Assembly: GCA_002269645.1 (NCBI GenBank)
Contig: NIVC01003166.1
Coordinates: 75,859-139,858, forward strand
Direction: 5' to 3'
Length of the DNA: 64,000 bases
DNA from: Macrostomum lignano
Taxonomy: Eukaryota
The notes under the pieces were generated by a model that saw only the letters and a list, made by a program, of their open reading frames with translations, had not been told where the DNA came from and ran no database searches. The translations under genes were made by a program, and so were the position numbers. This document shows positions 1 through 11,027 of this stretch, one piece after another. How positions within the stretch are numbered: position 1 is the stretch's first letter; each line of letters starts with the position of its first letter.

Positions 1-2092
1 AACATAAAAGAGTTACCATATCAAACATAGAAGAGCCACCATGTCGAACATTAAAGAGCAACCATGTCAAACATAAAGAGCCACCCTGTCAAACATTTAG
101 GAGCCACCATGTCAAACATTAAAGAGCCACCATTTCAAACCTTAAAAAGCCACTATGTCGAACATAAAAGAGCTATACCATGAAGAACATTAAAGAGCCA
201 CCATGTCGAACATAAAAGAGCCACCATGTAGAATATTAAAGAGCCACCATGTCAAACATTTAAGAGCCACCATGTCAAACATTTAAGAGCCACCATGTCA
301 AACATTTAAGAGCCACCATGTCAAACATTTAAGAGCCACCATGTCAAACATTTAAGAGCCACCGTATCAAACATAAAAAAGTTACCATGTAGAACAAAAA
401 AGAGCCACCATGTCGAATAAAAAAGAGCCACCATGAAGAACATTAAGAGCCACCATGTAGAATATTAAAGAGCCACCATGAAGAGCATTAAAGAGCCACC
501 ATGTCAAACATTTAGAAGCCACCATGTCAAAGATTTAAGAGCCACCATGTCAAACATTTAAGAGCCACCATGTCAAACATAAAAGAGCCACCATGTTAAA
601 CATTAAAGAACCACCATGTCGAACATAAAAGAGCCACCATGTCAAACATTAAAGAGCCACCATGTCAAACATATATGTGACTTTATGTCAAACATATATG
701 TGACTTTATGTCAAACATTAAAGAGCCACCATGTTAAACATTAAAGAACCACCATGTCGAACATAAAAGAGCCACCATGTTAAACATTAAAGAACCACCA
801 TGTCGAACATTAGAGAGCCACCATGTAAAACATTAAAGAGCCACATTGTCAAACATTAAAGAGCCGCCATGTCAAAACATAAAAGTGCCATCATGTCAAA
901 CCTAAAAGATACACCATGTCTAACATAAAAGAGCCACCATATGGAACATTAAAGAGCCACCATGTCAAACATTAAAGAGCCATTATGTCAAACCTAAAAG
1001 AGCCACCATGTCGAACATAAAAGAGCCACCATGTAGAATATTAAAGAGCCACCATGTCGAACATAAAAGAGCCACCATGTAGAATATTAAAGAGCCACCA
1101 TGTCAAACATTTAAGAGCCACCATGTCAAACATTTAAGAGCCACCATGTCAAACATTTAAGAGCCACCGTATCAAACATAAAAAAGTTACCATGTAGAAC
1201 AAAAAAGAGCCACCATGTCGAATAAAAAAGAGCCACCATGAAGAACATTAAGAGCCACCATGTAGAATATTAAAGAGCCACCATGAAGAGCATTAAAGAG
1301 CCACCATGTCAAACATTTAGAAGCCACCATGTCAAAGATTTAAGAGCCACCATGTCAAACATTTAAGAGCCACCATGTCAAACATAAAAGAGCCACCATG
1401 TTAAACATTAAAGAACCACCATGTCGAACATAAAAGAGCCACCATGTCAAACATTAAAGAGCCACCATGTCAAACATATATGTGACTTTATGTCAAACAT
1501 ATATGTGACTTTATGTCAAACATTAAAGAGCCACCATGTTAAACATTAAAGAACCACCATGTCGAACATAAAAGAGCCACCATGTTAAACATTAAAGAAC
1601 CACCATGTCGAACATTAGAGAGCCACCATGTAAAACATTAAAGAGCCACATTGTCAAACATTAAAGAGCCGCCATGTCAAAACATAAAAGTGCCATCATG
1701 TCAAACCTAAAAGATACACCATGTCTAACATAAAAGAGCCACCATATGGAACATTAAAGAGCCACCATGTCAAACATTAAAGAGCCATTATGTCAAACCT
1801 AAAAGAGCCACCATGTCGAACATTAAAGAGCCACCATGTCTAATAGTAAAGAGCCACCATGTCGAACATGAAAGGGCCACCATGTAGAACATTAAAGAGC
1901 CACCATGTCGAACATTAAAGAACCACCATGTCAAAAATAGAAGAGCCACCATGTCAAACATAGAAGAGCCACCATGTCAAACATAGAAGAGCCACCATGT
2001 CTAACATTAAAGAGCCACCATGTCGAACATTAAAGAGCCACCATGTCTAACATTAAAGAGCCACCATGTCTAACAGTAAAAAGCCACCATGT
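1..2092. repeat. 23-bp minisatellite (AAAGAGCCACCATGTCAAACATT), about 90 copies, with an 805-bp higher-order duplication
   Basis: Unit period 23 read directly (e.g. 241/264, 1802/1825). Rare variants recur at an 805-bp offset (361/1166, 661/1466), which equals 35 units. The array runs off the window start. Confidence 0.97.
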
Positions 2093-2413
2093 CGCCTGCT
2101 ATCTGGGGGTGCTTGCTATCTGGGAGAGCCTGCTATCTGGGGGTGCTTGCTATCTGGGGGTGCTTGGTATCTGGAGGTGCTTGCTATCTGGGGGTGCCTG
2201 CTATCTGGGGGTGCCTGCTATCTGGGGGTGCTAGCTCTCTGGGGGTGCTTGCTATCTGGGGTGCTTGCTATCTGGGGGTGCCTGCTACCTGGGGGTGCCT
2301 GCTATCTGGGGGTGCTTGCTATCTGGGGGGTGCTTGCTATCTGGGGGGATGCTTGCTATCTGGGGGGTGCTTGCTATCTGGGGGGATGCTTGCTATCTGG
2401 GGGGATGCTTGCT
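2093..2413. repeat. About 17-bp minisatellite (TGCTTGCTATCTGGGGG)
   Basis: Directly abuts the 23-bp array; accounts for the repetitive ORFs at 2043-2682. Confidence 0.95.
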
Positions 2414-3583
2414 GTCTTAGGATGTTTTCTTTTTGCATTGCACTTTATCTGAGTAGTTTTTCTATTGACTATGTGAAGGCTTTGTTTGGCCATCTTATTG
2501 ATACTTGTAGAGAACAGAGATTCTATCTAGATGTCCCCCATTGGGGGGCGAAGATTGCTAGTTTTTTACTAATTCTATATACTTGTCAAAATAGCCTCTT
2601 AGCTAAATTTTTAGCAAAAATATATTTGAATACTTTGCTAAATACTTTGTTGTATGGATACCAATCTATGCTTGGAAGTTGAATACTTAAAAAGAATTAT
2701 TTACTTGACACACACTTGTTATTTATACTTTCCTATACATCTATTGTTACCATACAAGGGATACTCCAAAAGTTTTGCAATTCAACCACTTGTGCAAGTC
2801 GCACATTTTTAAAAAATCAACCCTCTGTACAATAAACATGTATATAGTTCCCATCTCAATTTTCAAGTGAATTTATATATGCCTACACAGCCCCTAGTCA
2901 AAGTCAATGACTCCTAAAACGTATAGCTGCAGCCATGGAATTGAATCGTGAGCAAAATCAGCTACTAATTTGGTACTGCCACAAGCAAAAGCTTATGGCA
3001 CTTGAGACTCATGCCGAGCTACTGGCAACATTAGAGGCTCAAACGCTGTCATATGCTAGGCCTACTGTTCCACACTAGTATTATGAGTTTCAGGCTGGCA
3101 GTGGCAGGACTAGCTTTTCTGACAACCTCTGGCCTAGGAGACCTCCAACAGCAGTAACAGAGGAAAACATCGCTGTAGTGTAGGAGCTAATCTATCAGGA
3201 TCTGCAAATCACCATAGACATATTAGCTATGAATGTTGGCATTGGATTGGCAGTGGCCAATATGATTCTATATGATCACCTGAGAGTCAGAAAGCTTTGT
3301 GCCTGATGGATTCCCCACATCTTAACAGATGGTCAGAAACAGGCCCGCATGGAGTTCTGTCAGTTTCTCATCAATTGATATGAGTAGGAGAGCCATTAGT
3401 GCTACTCTAAAGTCATCACATTGGGGATGAGACATTTCTCTATCATTTTGACATCAAGACAAAGTGCAGCAGTGCAGAGTGGGTGCCAGAAGGTCGGCAA
3501 CAACCCCTGAAAGCAAGGTGGTCCCGGTCCTAGGGCAAGCAAATGTTTGCAATCTTCTTTGACTCACAAGGCATGTTGGCGAT

Positions 3584-3819
3584 CCTGATTGCAGCGCATG
3601 GGCATTTTGGCGGACAGCGAGCGGCGATTAGTACGGCGCGGCGCGGTACTAATTAGATGCCGAGGCATTTAGGCTTGATAAGACAGTCATAGTTACTGCT
3701 GCCGTTTACCCAAAACTGCGTTAATTTTGCTTTAGGGTTTCTTTTACAGGTAAGTCATTTCACAGCGTGGCGCAGGTTGTGTAGGCGTCTGGCGTACTTA
3801 AGCCATGCGCTGCAATAGG
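3584..3819. mobile_element. 236-bp MITE-like insertion nested in the mariner, with inverted termini and a 9-bp target-site duplication
   Basis: GTTGGCGAT at 3575-3583 and 3820-3828. Termini CCT(G)ATTGCAGCGCATGG / CCATGCGCTGCAATAGG share a 14-bp perfect core. Removing the insert and one TSD copy restores the transposase frame MFAIFFDSQGMLAMVKLEGQTIVT. Confidence 0.85.
3641..3711 (-). other. LSU (28S-like) rRNA domain IV fragment (helix 69-71 region) inside the MITE; not a functional rRNA gene
   Basis: The minus strand reads GGGTAAACGGCAGCAGTAACTATGACTGTCTTATCAAGCCTAAATGCCTCGGCATCTAATTAGTACCGCGC. The conserved eukaryotic 28S sequence, recalled from memory, is GGGTAAACGGCGGGAGTAACTATGACTCTCTTAAGGTAGCCAAATGCCTCGTCATCTAATTAGTGACGCGC. 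Confidence 0.8.
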
Positions 3820-5194
3820 GTTGGCGATGGTGAAGCTGGAGGGTCAAACTATAGTCACTGCTTGATGGTACACTGAAGAGTGCTTACCAGTCATGATCCA
3901 AAGGGCACCAGGGAAGGGAATGCAAGGGCAGAAGGAAGTATTTCAATGCTACCACACCTGCCCTATCTGCCCTATTCACCAGACCTTGCCCCTTGCGACT
4001 TCTGGCTCTTTCTAGAAATCAAAAAGTCCAATGAGAAGCTAGAGCTGGTGACAAAGGAGGCAATTGATAGCATCCCAATTGAAGAGATCCAGGGCCCTAT
4101 GACAAGTGGCTCAGATGAACGCACAAGCGTTTGTAGTTCCAAGGAGCCTACTTTGAAGGATTGTAATAGAAAAGTTTGGCTGAATTAACTTTAAATAGTT
4201 GATTTGCAAAACTTTTAGAGTATCCCTTATACATAATATGTATATATATTTATATATAATAATTTCTTAGACCTTTTTTCTAAGTCATTTGGTTGATAAT
4301 ATAGAGGCCTAACAAAAGACAAATTTAACAAACAATTAAGAAAAATATTTGTGAATACTTTTTTGATACTATATATCATAGACCTAATAATTTATATTAT
4401 TGCTTGGAGTATGAAGTGTCAAAATAAAAGTAGTAACAAATATTATTTTAATGAAATGAAATTTAAATATAACTAAATGCAATTATAAAGTGCATTATTT
4501 CATCAATAGAGAGGTTATATAGTATACCATTGATCATGATCTCAAATTCTTACTTACACTTATAATCCTAAGGAAAATTAGATTCCCATAAAATCAAGAT
4601 CTTGACCCTAGAAATAGGAATTTGGAATAGTTCTTTTAAGTGAACTTTTTACTAGTTTTTAGAATTAATGATTACTTGAATGCATTTCATTTTAACTTGT
4701 ACTTTTTATATTATTATTTTATTAGTCTTAAAAATTTGTATTTGTTATAATATATTTTACTTATTCTCTAGTAAGTGTAAATCTAAGTCTATATTATAGA
4801 CCTAAAAACTATAGTATACTAAAATACCTAATCCCAATAGCTATTTTTCCCTATAACTGCATCTTTGATAGTCATGTATGCATAGATTTGAAACAAGCAT
4901 CAATTGATCTCATTGGCTGGAATGCTATCTATTATTTCCTCTTTTTGCTCCTTTATTCTCTTCCTTCTTTTTCTGTCTTACATATAATCTTTCCTAGCAG
5001 TTTTCCTTTGTTCATTTTATTTTTGTACCTAATTTTTTAGCCTCAAGAGTAGTTTTTATATCTCTAGCTTTATATTCTTATTCTATACATACTACTGTTA
5101 GTACCTCTAATGATCATGTCTTATCTCTTGTCAAATTCCAAGTGCTAACTTTACTATGCCTTGGAGGTTGGCCCTCAAATGTGTTAATTGCATA

Positions 5195-5307
5195 AGCAGA
5201 ACCAAGCCAAGATTCCAATTTAGCCCCAAAATTAATGTGACTGCACACTTGTAATCAAGCCTGGGCTGTTTGTACATCAGAGTTTCGTGCTAGGCCACTA
5301 GGTTATT
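5195..5307 (-). mobile_element. tRNA-derived SINE-like repeat, copy A
   Basis: Aligns by eye to 17611-17708 (GATTCCAATTTAnCCCCAAAnTAATnTGACTGCA...CTTGnAATCnAGCCTGGGC). The minus strand has an A-box-like TAACCTAGTGG and a B-box-like GGCTTGATTAC. Confidence 0.5.
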
Positions 5308-5517
5308 GCACCCCTAACTATGGTACAAACAACCTAGCTAGCCAATGTCTGTTTGGGTACTTTAATGCTTTTTTCACTCCTACTTGTTACTAATAAATTA
5401 CATTTCTTGTTATCTATCTTTACTGGTGTAAGAATTGATTTGTTAATCTGCAGCCTAGCAGTTCATTACTGATTATTGTAAGCCAAAGAAAAAACTTTTC
5501 TCTGCAATCAGAAAGCA

Positions 5518-8500
5518 ATGGGCTCAAATGTGAGCACCCTGTCTGAGCTAACAGGCCCAGTCAGAAATCCTCTACTTGAAAGATTCTGCTCAGCGGAGCC
5601 TCTGGTAGCTGTGGCTGACTTAGACGAGACTGAAGCTTTCTGGACAAATTTGTTAAGTCATCAGCTCTGTCCTCCCGTGACCTCTCGCGCCTCTCGCGAC
5701 TTTGACGAATCTCTAGCGCTGCCTTACCTGGCCCACCTGGCTGTCAACAATCGAACTAGCGGCAATCTCAATGCACTACTTCGGAGAATCATTAAACTGA
5801 CTGACGAGCTAGATGATGCTGTGCTGCAGCCGCTGGCTGATAGACAGCGCAGATCCCGGCATCTCAGCCAGCTGGGAGCTGCCCTGTTCATGGCCCGTTG
5901 TTGCATTAAATATCTGTTAGAATCGGAGAATGAGCGAAGCTTACTTGAGCACATGGAATTCTGTCCTGTTGAGGATGACAATCAGGTGATTTGCTTTGTT
6001 ATTGTGCAAACTGGCAGTCTGGTGTCTGTTTCAGATAAAATTGTCTGAAATTAAATCCTGTCAGCTATAAACATCCTACTGACAAGAAATCCTGTCAGCT
6101 ATAAACATCCTACTGACAAGAAATCCTGTCAGCTATAAACATCCTACTGACAAGAAATCCTGTCAGATATAAACATCCTACTGACAAGAAATCCTGTCAG
6201 CTATAGACATCCTACTGACAAGAAATCCTGTCAGATATAAACATCCTACTGACAAGAAATTCTGTCAGCTATAAACATCCTACTGACAGGAAATCCTGTC
6301 AGCTATAAACATCCTACTGACAAGAAATCCTGTCAGCTATAAACATCCTACTGACAAGAAATCCTGTCAGCTATAAACATCCTACTGACAAGAAATCCTG
6401 TCAGCTGTAGACATCCTACTGAAATCCTGTCAGCTATAAACATCCTACTGACAAGAAATCCTGTCAGCTATAAACATCCTACTGACAAGAAATCCTGTCA
6501 GCTATAAAACATCCTACTGACAAGAAATCCTGTCAGCTATAAGCATCCTACTGACAAGAAATCCTGTCAGCTATAGACATCCTACTGACAAGAAATCCTG
6601 TCAGCTATAGACATCCTACTGACAAGAAATCCTGTCAGCTATAGACATCCTACTGACAAGAAATCCTGTCAGCTATAGACATCTTACTGACAAGAAATCC
6701 TGTCAGCTATAGACATCCTACTGAACTGACAAGAAATCCTGTCAGCTGTAGACATCCTACTGACAAGAAATCCTGTCAGCTGTAGACATCCTACTGACAA
6801 GAAATCCTGTCAGCTATGGACATCCCACTAGACTAGAAAAACTCTCATCTAAAATCTTTACAGCGTCATAAATTAACCATCTCAAATTTTCGCAGGACAA
6901 TGACGACAACGCATCCGTCATTGAGAAGAAGTCGTCATCTTCTGACAGCTCGCCGGACGCCTCTCAAAACTCGTCAGACAATGAAGACAATGCCGAGTCA
7001 TCTTCTGCTGCACCGTCCTCGGTCGCTGCCGACTCTGGCACCACAATAGAAGATTACGTTGAAAGTTTAGTCAAATTAGTCATTCTTCTACCTGTTGATG
7101 AGGAAGCATTTCCTGCTCTTCTAGAAGCAATCAACAGCTTGCTAGTACTGCTGAGCCTGAGAATGTACCACGGCTGCAAGTCAAGTGCCCAGCTGGCATT
7201 CTACCAGATTCTCTGTACTGGCAGATGCGCACCTTATGCCAGAAGGTTGGCGGCCACTTTAGTGCAGCAGTTTGTGGCGGCGCCGCCAGCTCCTGATCGA
7301 TTGGTAGCTAGCGCGCCTCAAGCACCTTCTCAGGTAGATTATATAACAGGGGTATTCGTTCGGATAGTCTAATGTTTTGATTTCTCCGCTAAAGTGTTGC
7401 TCTGCGCTGATTGGCTGCTGTATATCTGTGTCTTTTTTAGCTGTGCGCTGATTGGCTGCTGTATATCTGTGTCTTTTGTAGCTGTGCGCTGATTGGCTGC
7501 TGTATATCTGTGTCTTTTGTAGCTGTGCTCTGATTGGCTGCTGTATATGTGTCTTTTGTAGCTGTGCTCTGATTGGCTGCTGTATATCTGTGTCTTTTGT
7601 AGCTGTGCGCTGATTGGCTGCTGTATATCTGTGTCTTTTGTAGCTGTGCGCTGATTGGCTGCTGTATATCTGTGTCTTTTGTAGCTGTGCGCTGATTGGC
7701 TGCTGTATATCTGTCTTTTGTAGCTGTGCGCTGATTGGCTGCTGTATATCTGTGTCTTTTGTAACTGTGCGCTGATTGGCTGCTGTATATGTGTCTTTTG
7801 TAGCTGTGCGCTGATTGGCTGCTGTATATCTGTGTCTTTTGTAACTGTGCGCTGATTGGCTGCTGTATATCTGTGTCTTTTGTAGCTGTGCGCTGATTGG
7901 CTGCTGTATATCTGTGTCTTTTGTAGCTGTGCGCTGATTGGCTGCTGTATATCTGTGTCTTTTGTAGCTGTGCGCTGATTGGCTGCTGTATATCTGTGTC
8001 TTTTGTAGCTGTGCGCTGATTGGCTGCTGTATATCTGTGTCTTTTGTAGCTGTGCGCTGATTGGCTGCTGTATATCTGTGTCTTTTGTAGCTGTGCGCTG
8101 ATTGGCTGCTGTATATATGTGTCTTTTGTAGCTGTGCGCTGATTGGCTGCTGTATATCTGTGTCTTTTGTAACTGTGCGCTGATTGGCTGTTGTATATCT
8201 GTGTCTTTTGTAGCTGTGCGCTGATTGGCTGCTGTATATCTGTGTCTTTTGTAGCTGTGCGCTGATTGGCTGCTGTATATCTGTGTCTTTTGTAACTGTG
8301 CGCTGATTGGCTGCTGTATATCTGTGTCTTTTGTAACTGTGCGCTGATTGACTGCCGCATCTGTCCCTCATGGTACTATCCAGAACTACTATCCAGAATG
8401 CATATTTTAGATATGCTTGAAATTATATACAAAGTTATTATTTACCTGAAATATTATACTCCAATTTATTAAGGTGTACAATGCGGCAGCGTCATTAGCA

Positions 8501-9582
8501 ACCGGTCTATGGTACATGGTGACTCTTGGATACGGAAGTGGCAGTGGTGGCACTTCAGCAGCTTCAACCGTTTCTAAAACAGATGAGCCGGTAAGATGAT
8601 AAGTCACGTGACTCAACACTGATTAAAATAAGTGATTAACTGTTTCCTCTAAATCTTTCCCATTCCCAGACTCGAGCTGAACTCAAACGCAATCTGTTGA
8701 GCCGACAGAGCCTGCTGCTCTGCCTCGCCCTCGCCCTCAGTCCCGGCTACTCTTCCAACGAAGACGAGTTGGACACGCCCTACCGTGACGCTCTGCTCGA
8801 ATGCGACGCCAAGTTGCTAGGGAACTATGCCGGTCTGCTAGGCGCCATAGCAACTAATTTGCCTCAAGATGAAGCTCTGCTGCTGCTCTACCTGCTGCTC
8901 CACCCGGCCGGTTCGCACGCCCTTAGGAACCACCTGGCTTCAGCTGGGGCCAATAATCCTCAACTGTTAGCCTCGCTAACTCTGCCACTGTTGCAGTGCA
9001 TTCACTCGGCTAACACTGAGCCGCAGTCGCATCGCCTGTACATGGCTATGATCAACTTGCTCATGCTCACTGAGCAGCCCGACCTGTGCAGGGCTATGCA
9101 CACCGCTCCCCTGCCTGGCGGGGCGTCGCCTGCTTGGCTAACGGAGAGACAGCTGGGTCCGCAGGGCACTCTGGGCAGCCTACTAGTAGTAGTGCTAGCC
9201 AGATGCGTGCAGCTCAATCTGCATAAACTGGGCAGAGGCGGCGGCGGTGGTTACCTGCCGAGCAACTGCATGGCAGCGCTGGCCAATCAGTCTACTCAGG
9301 CCAGATCGCTGCATCCTTACGCCTGTCAGAAGCTGCTGGGCCTGCTGACTCTCATTGCGACTCGGATTGAGAAGCTGGAGCAGCAGAAATCGGCAACGTA
9401 AGTAGACAGCTTGAATTATTGAATGAGCATGTAGCCGCTAGCTGATAGACACTGACTCAGGCAGACAGGCAGACAGACAGACAGACATGCAGACAGACAG
9501 ACAGACAGACAGACATGCAGACAGACAGATAGACAGGAAGGCAGACAGACAGACAGACAGGCAGACAGACAGACAGACATGC

Positions 9583-9634
<52 letters not shown>

Positions 9635-9672
9635 CGACAGACAGGCAGAGAGACAGACTGACAGACACACAC

Positions 9673-9707
<35 letters not shown>

Positions 9708-9709
9708 GG

Positions 9710-9740
<31 letters not shown>

Positions 9741-9954
9741 GAAGGCAGGCAGGCAGGCAGGCAGACAGACAGACAGACATGCAGACAGACGGACATGCAG
9801 ACAGACATCCAGACAGATAGACAGACAGACAGACAGACAGGCAGACAGGCAGACAGACAGGCAGACAGACATCCAGACAGACAGACAGACAGACAGACAG
9901 GCAGACAGGCAGGCAGACAGGCAGACAGACAGGCAGACAGACAGACAGACATGC

Positions 9955-9987
<33 letters not shown>

Positions 9988-9994
9988 GCCAGAC

Positions 9995-10029
<35 letters not shown>

Positions 10030-10316
10030 GGCATGCAGACAGACAGATAGACAGACAGACAGACAGGCAGACAGACAGGCAGACAGACAGGCAGACATGC
10101 AGACAGGCAGACATGCAGACAGACGGACATGCAGACAGACATCCAGACAGACAGACAGATAGACAGACAGACAGACAGACAGGCAGACAGGCAGACAGAC
10201 AGGCAGACAGACATCCAGACAGACAGACAGACAGACAGGCAGACAGGCAGACAGACAGGCAGACAGACAGACAGACATGCAGACAGACAGACAGACAGAC
10301 AGACAGACAGCCAGAC

Positions 10317-10366
<50 letters not shown>

Positions 10367-10404
10367 CGACAGACAGGCAGAGAGACAGACTGACAGACAC
10401 ACAC

Positions 10405-10455
<51 letters not shown>

Positions 10456-10457
10456 GG

Positions 10458-10488
<31 letters not shown>

Positions 10489-10714
10489 GAAGGCAGGCAG
10501 GCAGGCAGGCAGACAGACAGACAGACAGACAGACATGCAGACAGACGGACATGCAGACAGACATCCAGACAGACAGACAGATAGACAGACAGACAGACAG
10601 ACAGGCAGACAGGCAGACAGACAGGCAGACAGACATCCAGACAGACAGACAGACAGACAGGCAGACAGGCAGGCAGACAGGCAGACAGACAGGCAGACAG
10701 ACAGACAGACATGC

Positions 10715-10747
<33 letters not shown>

Positions 10748-10750
10748 GCC

Positions 10751-10810
<60 letters not shown>

Positions 10811-10824
10811 TGACAGACACACAC

Positions 10825-10867
<43 letters not shown>

Positions 10868-10869
10868 GG

Positions 10870-10900
<31 letters not shown>

Positions 10901-10990
10901 GAAGGCAGGCAGGCAGGCAGGCAGACAGACAGACAGACAGGCAGACAGGCAGGCAGACAGACAGACAGGCAGACAGACAGGCAGACAGGC

Positions 10991-11027
<37 letters not shown>

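Larger units (their letters stand above)
2755..4229 (+). mobile_element. Decayed mariner (Tc1/mariner, DD34D-type) DNA transposon with a pseudogenised transposase
   Basis: Inverted ends TA|CAAGGGATACTCCAAAAGTTTTGCAATTCAAC (2753-2786) and its complement at 4198-4231 (3 mismatches in 34 nt), flanked by TA at 2753-54 and 4230-31. Transposase remnants: WIPHIL (WVPHEL motif), GDETFLYHFD, FFDSQG, HLPYLPYSPDLAPCDFWLF, with stops and frameshifts. Length without the nested insert is 1230 bp, typical of mariner. Confidence 0.93.

Noticed and set aside
2043-2682. Overlapping ORFs (63-197 aa) with GGACYLGVLAIW repeats
   Set aside because: These are translations of the 17-bp minisatellite; they are periodic in every frame.
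3641-3711. Functional rRNA gene
   Set aside because: Only about 70 nt of strong similarity, the near-invariant AAGGTAGC is altered, and it sits within a TSD-flanked insertion.
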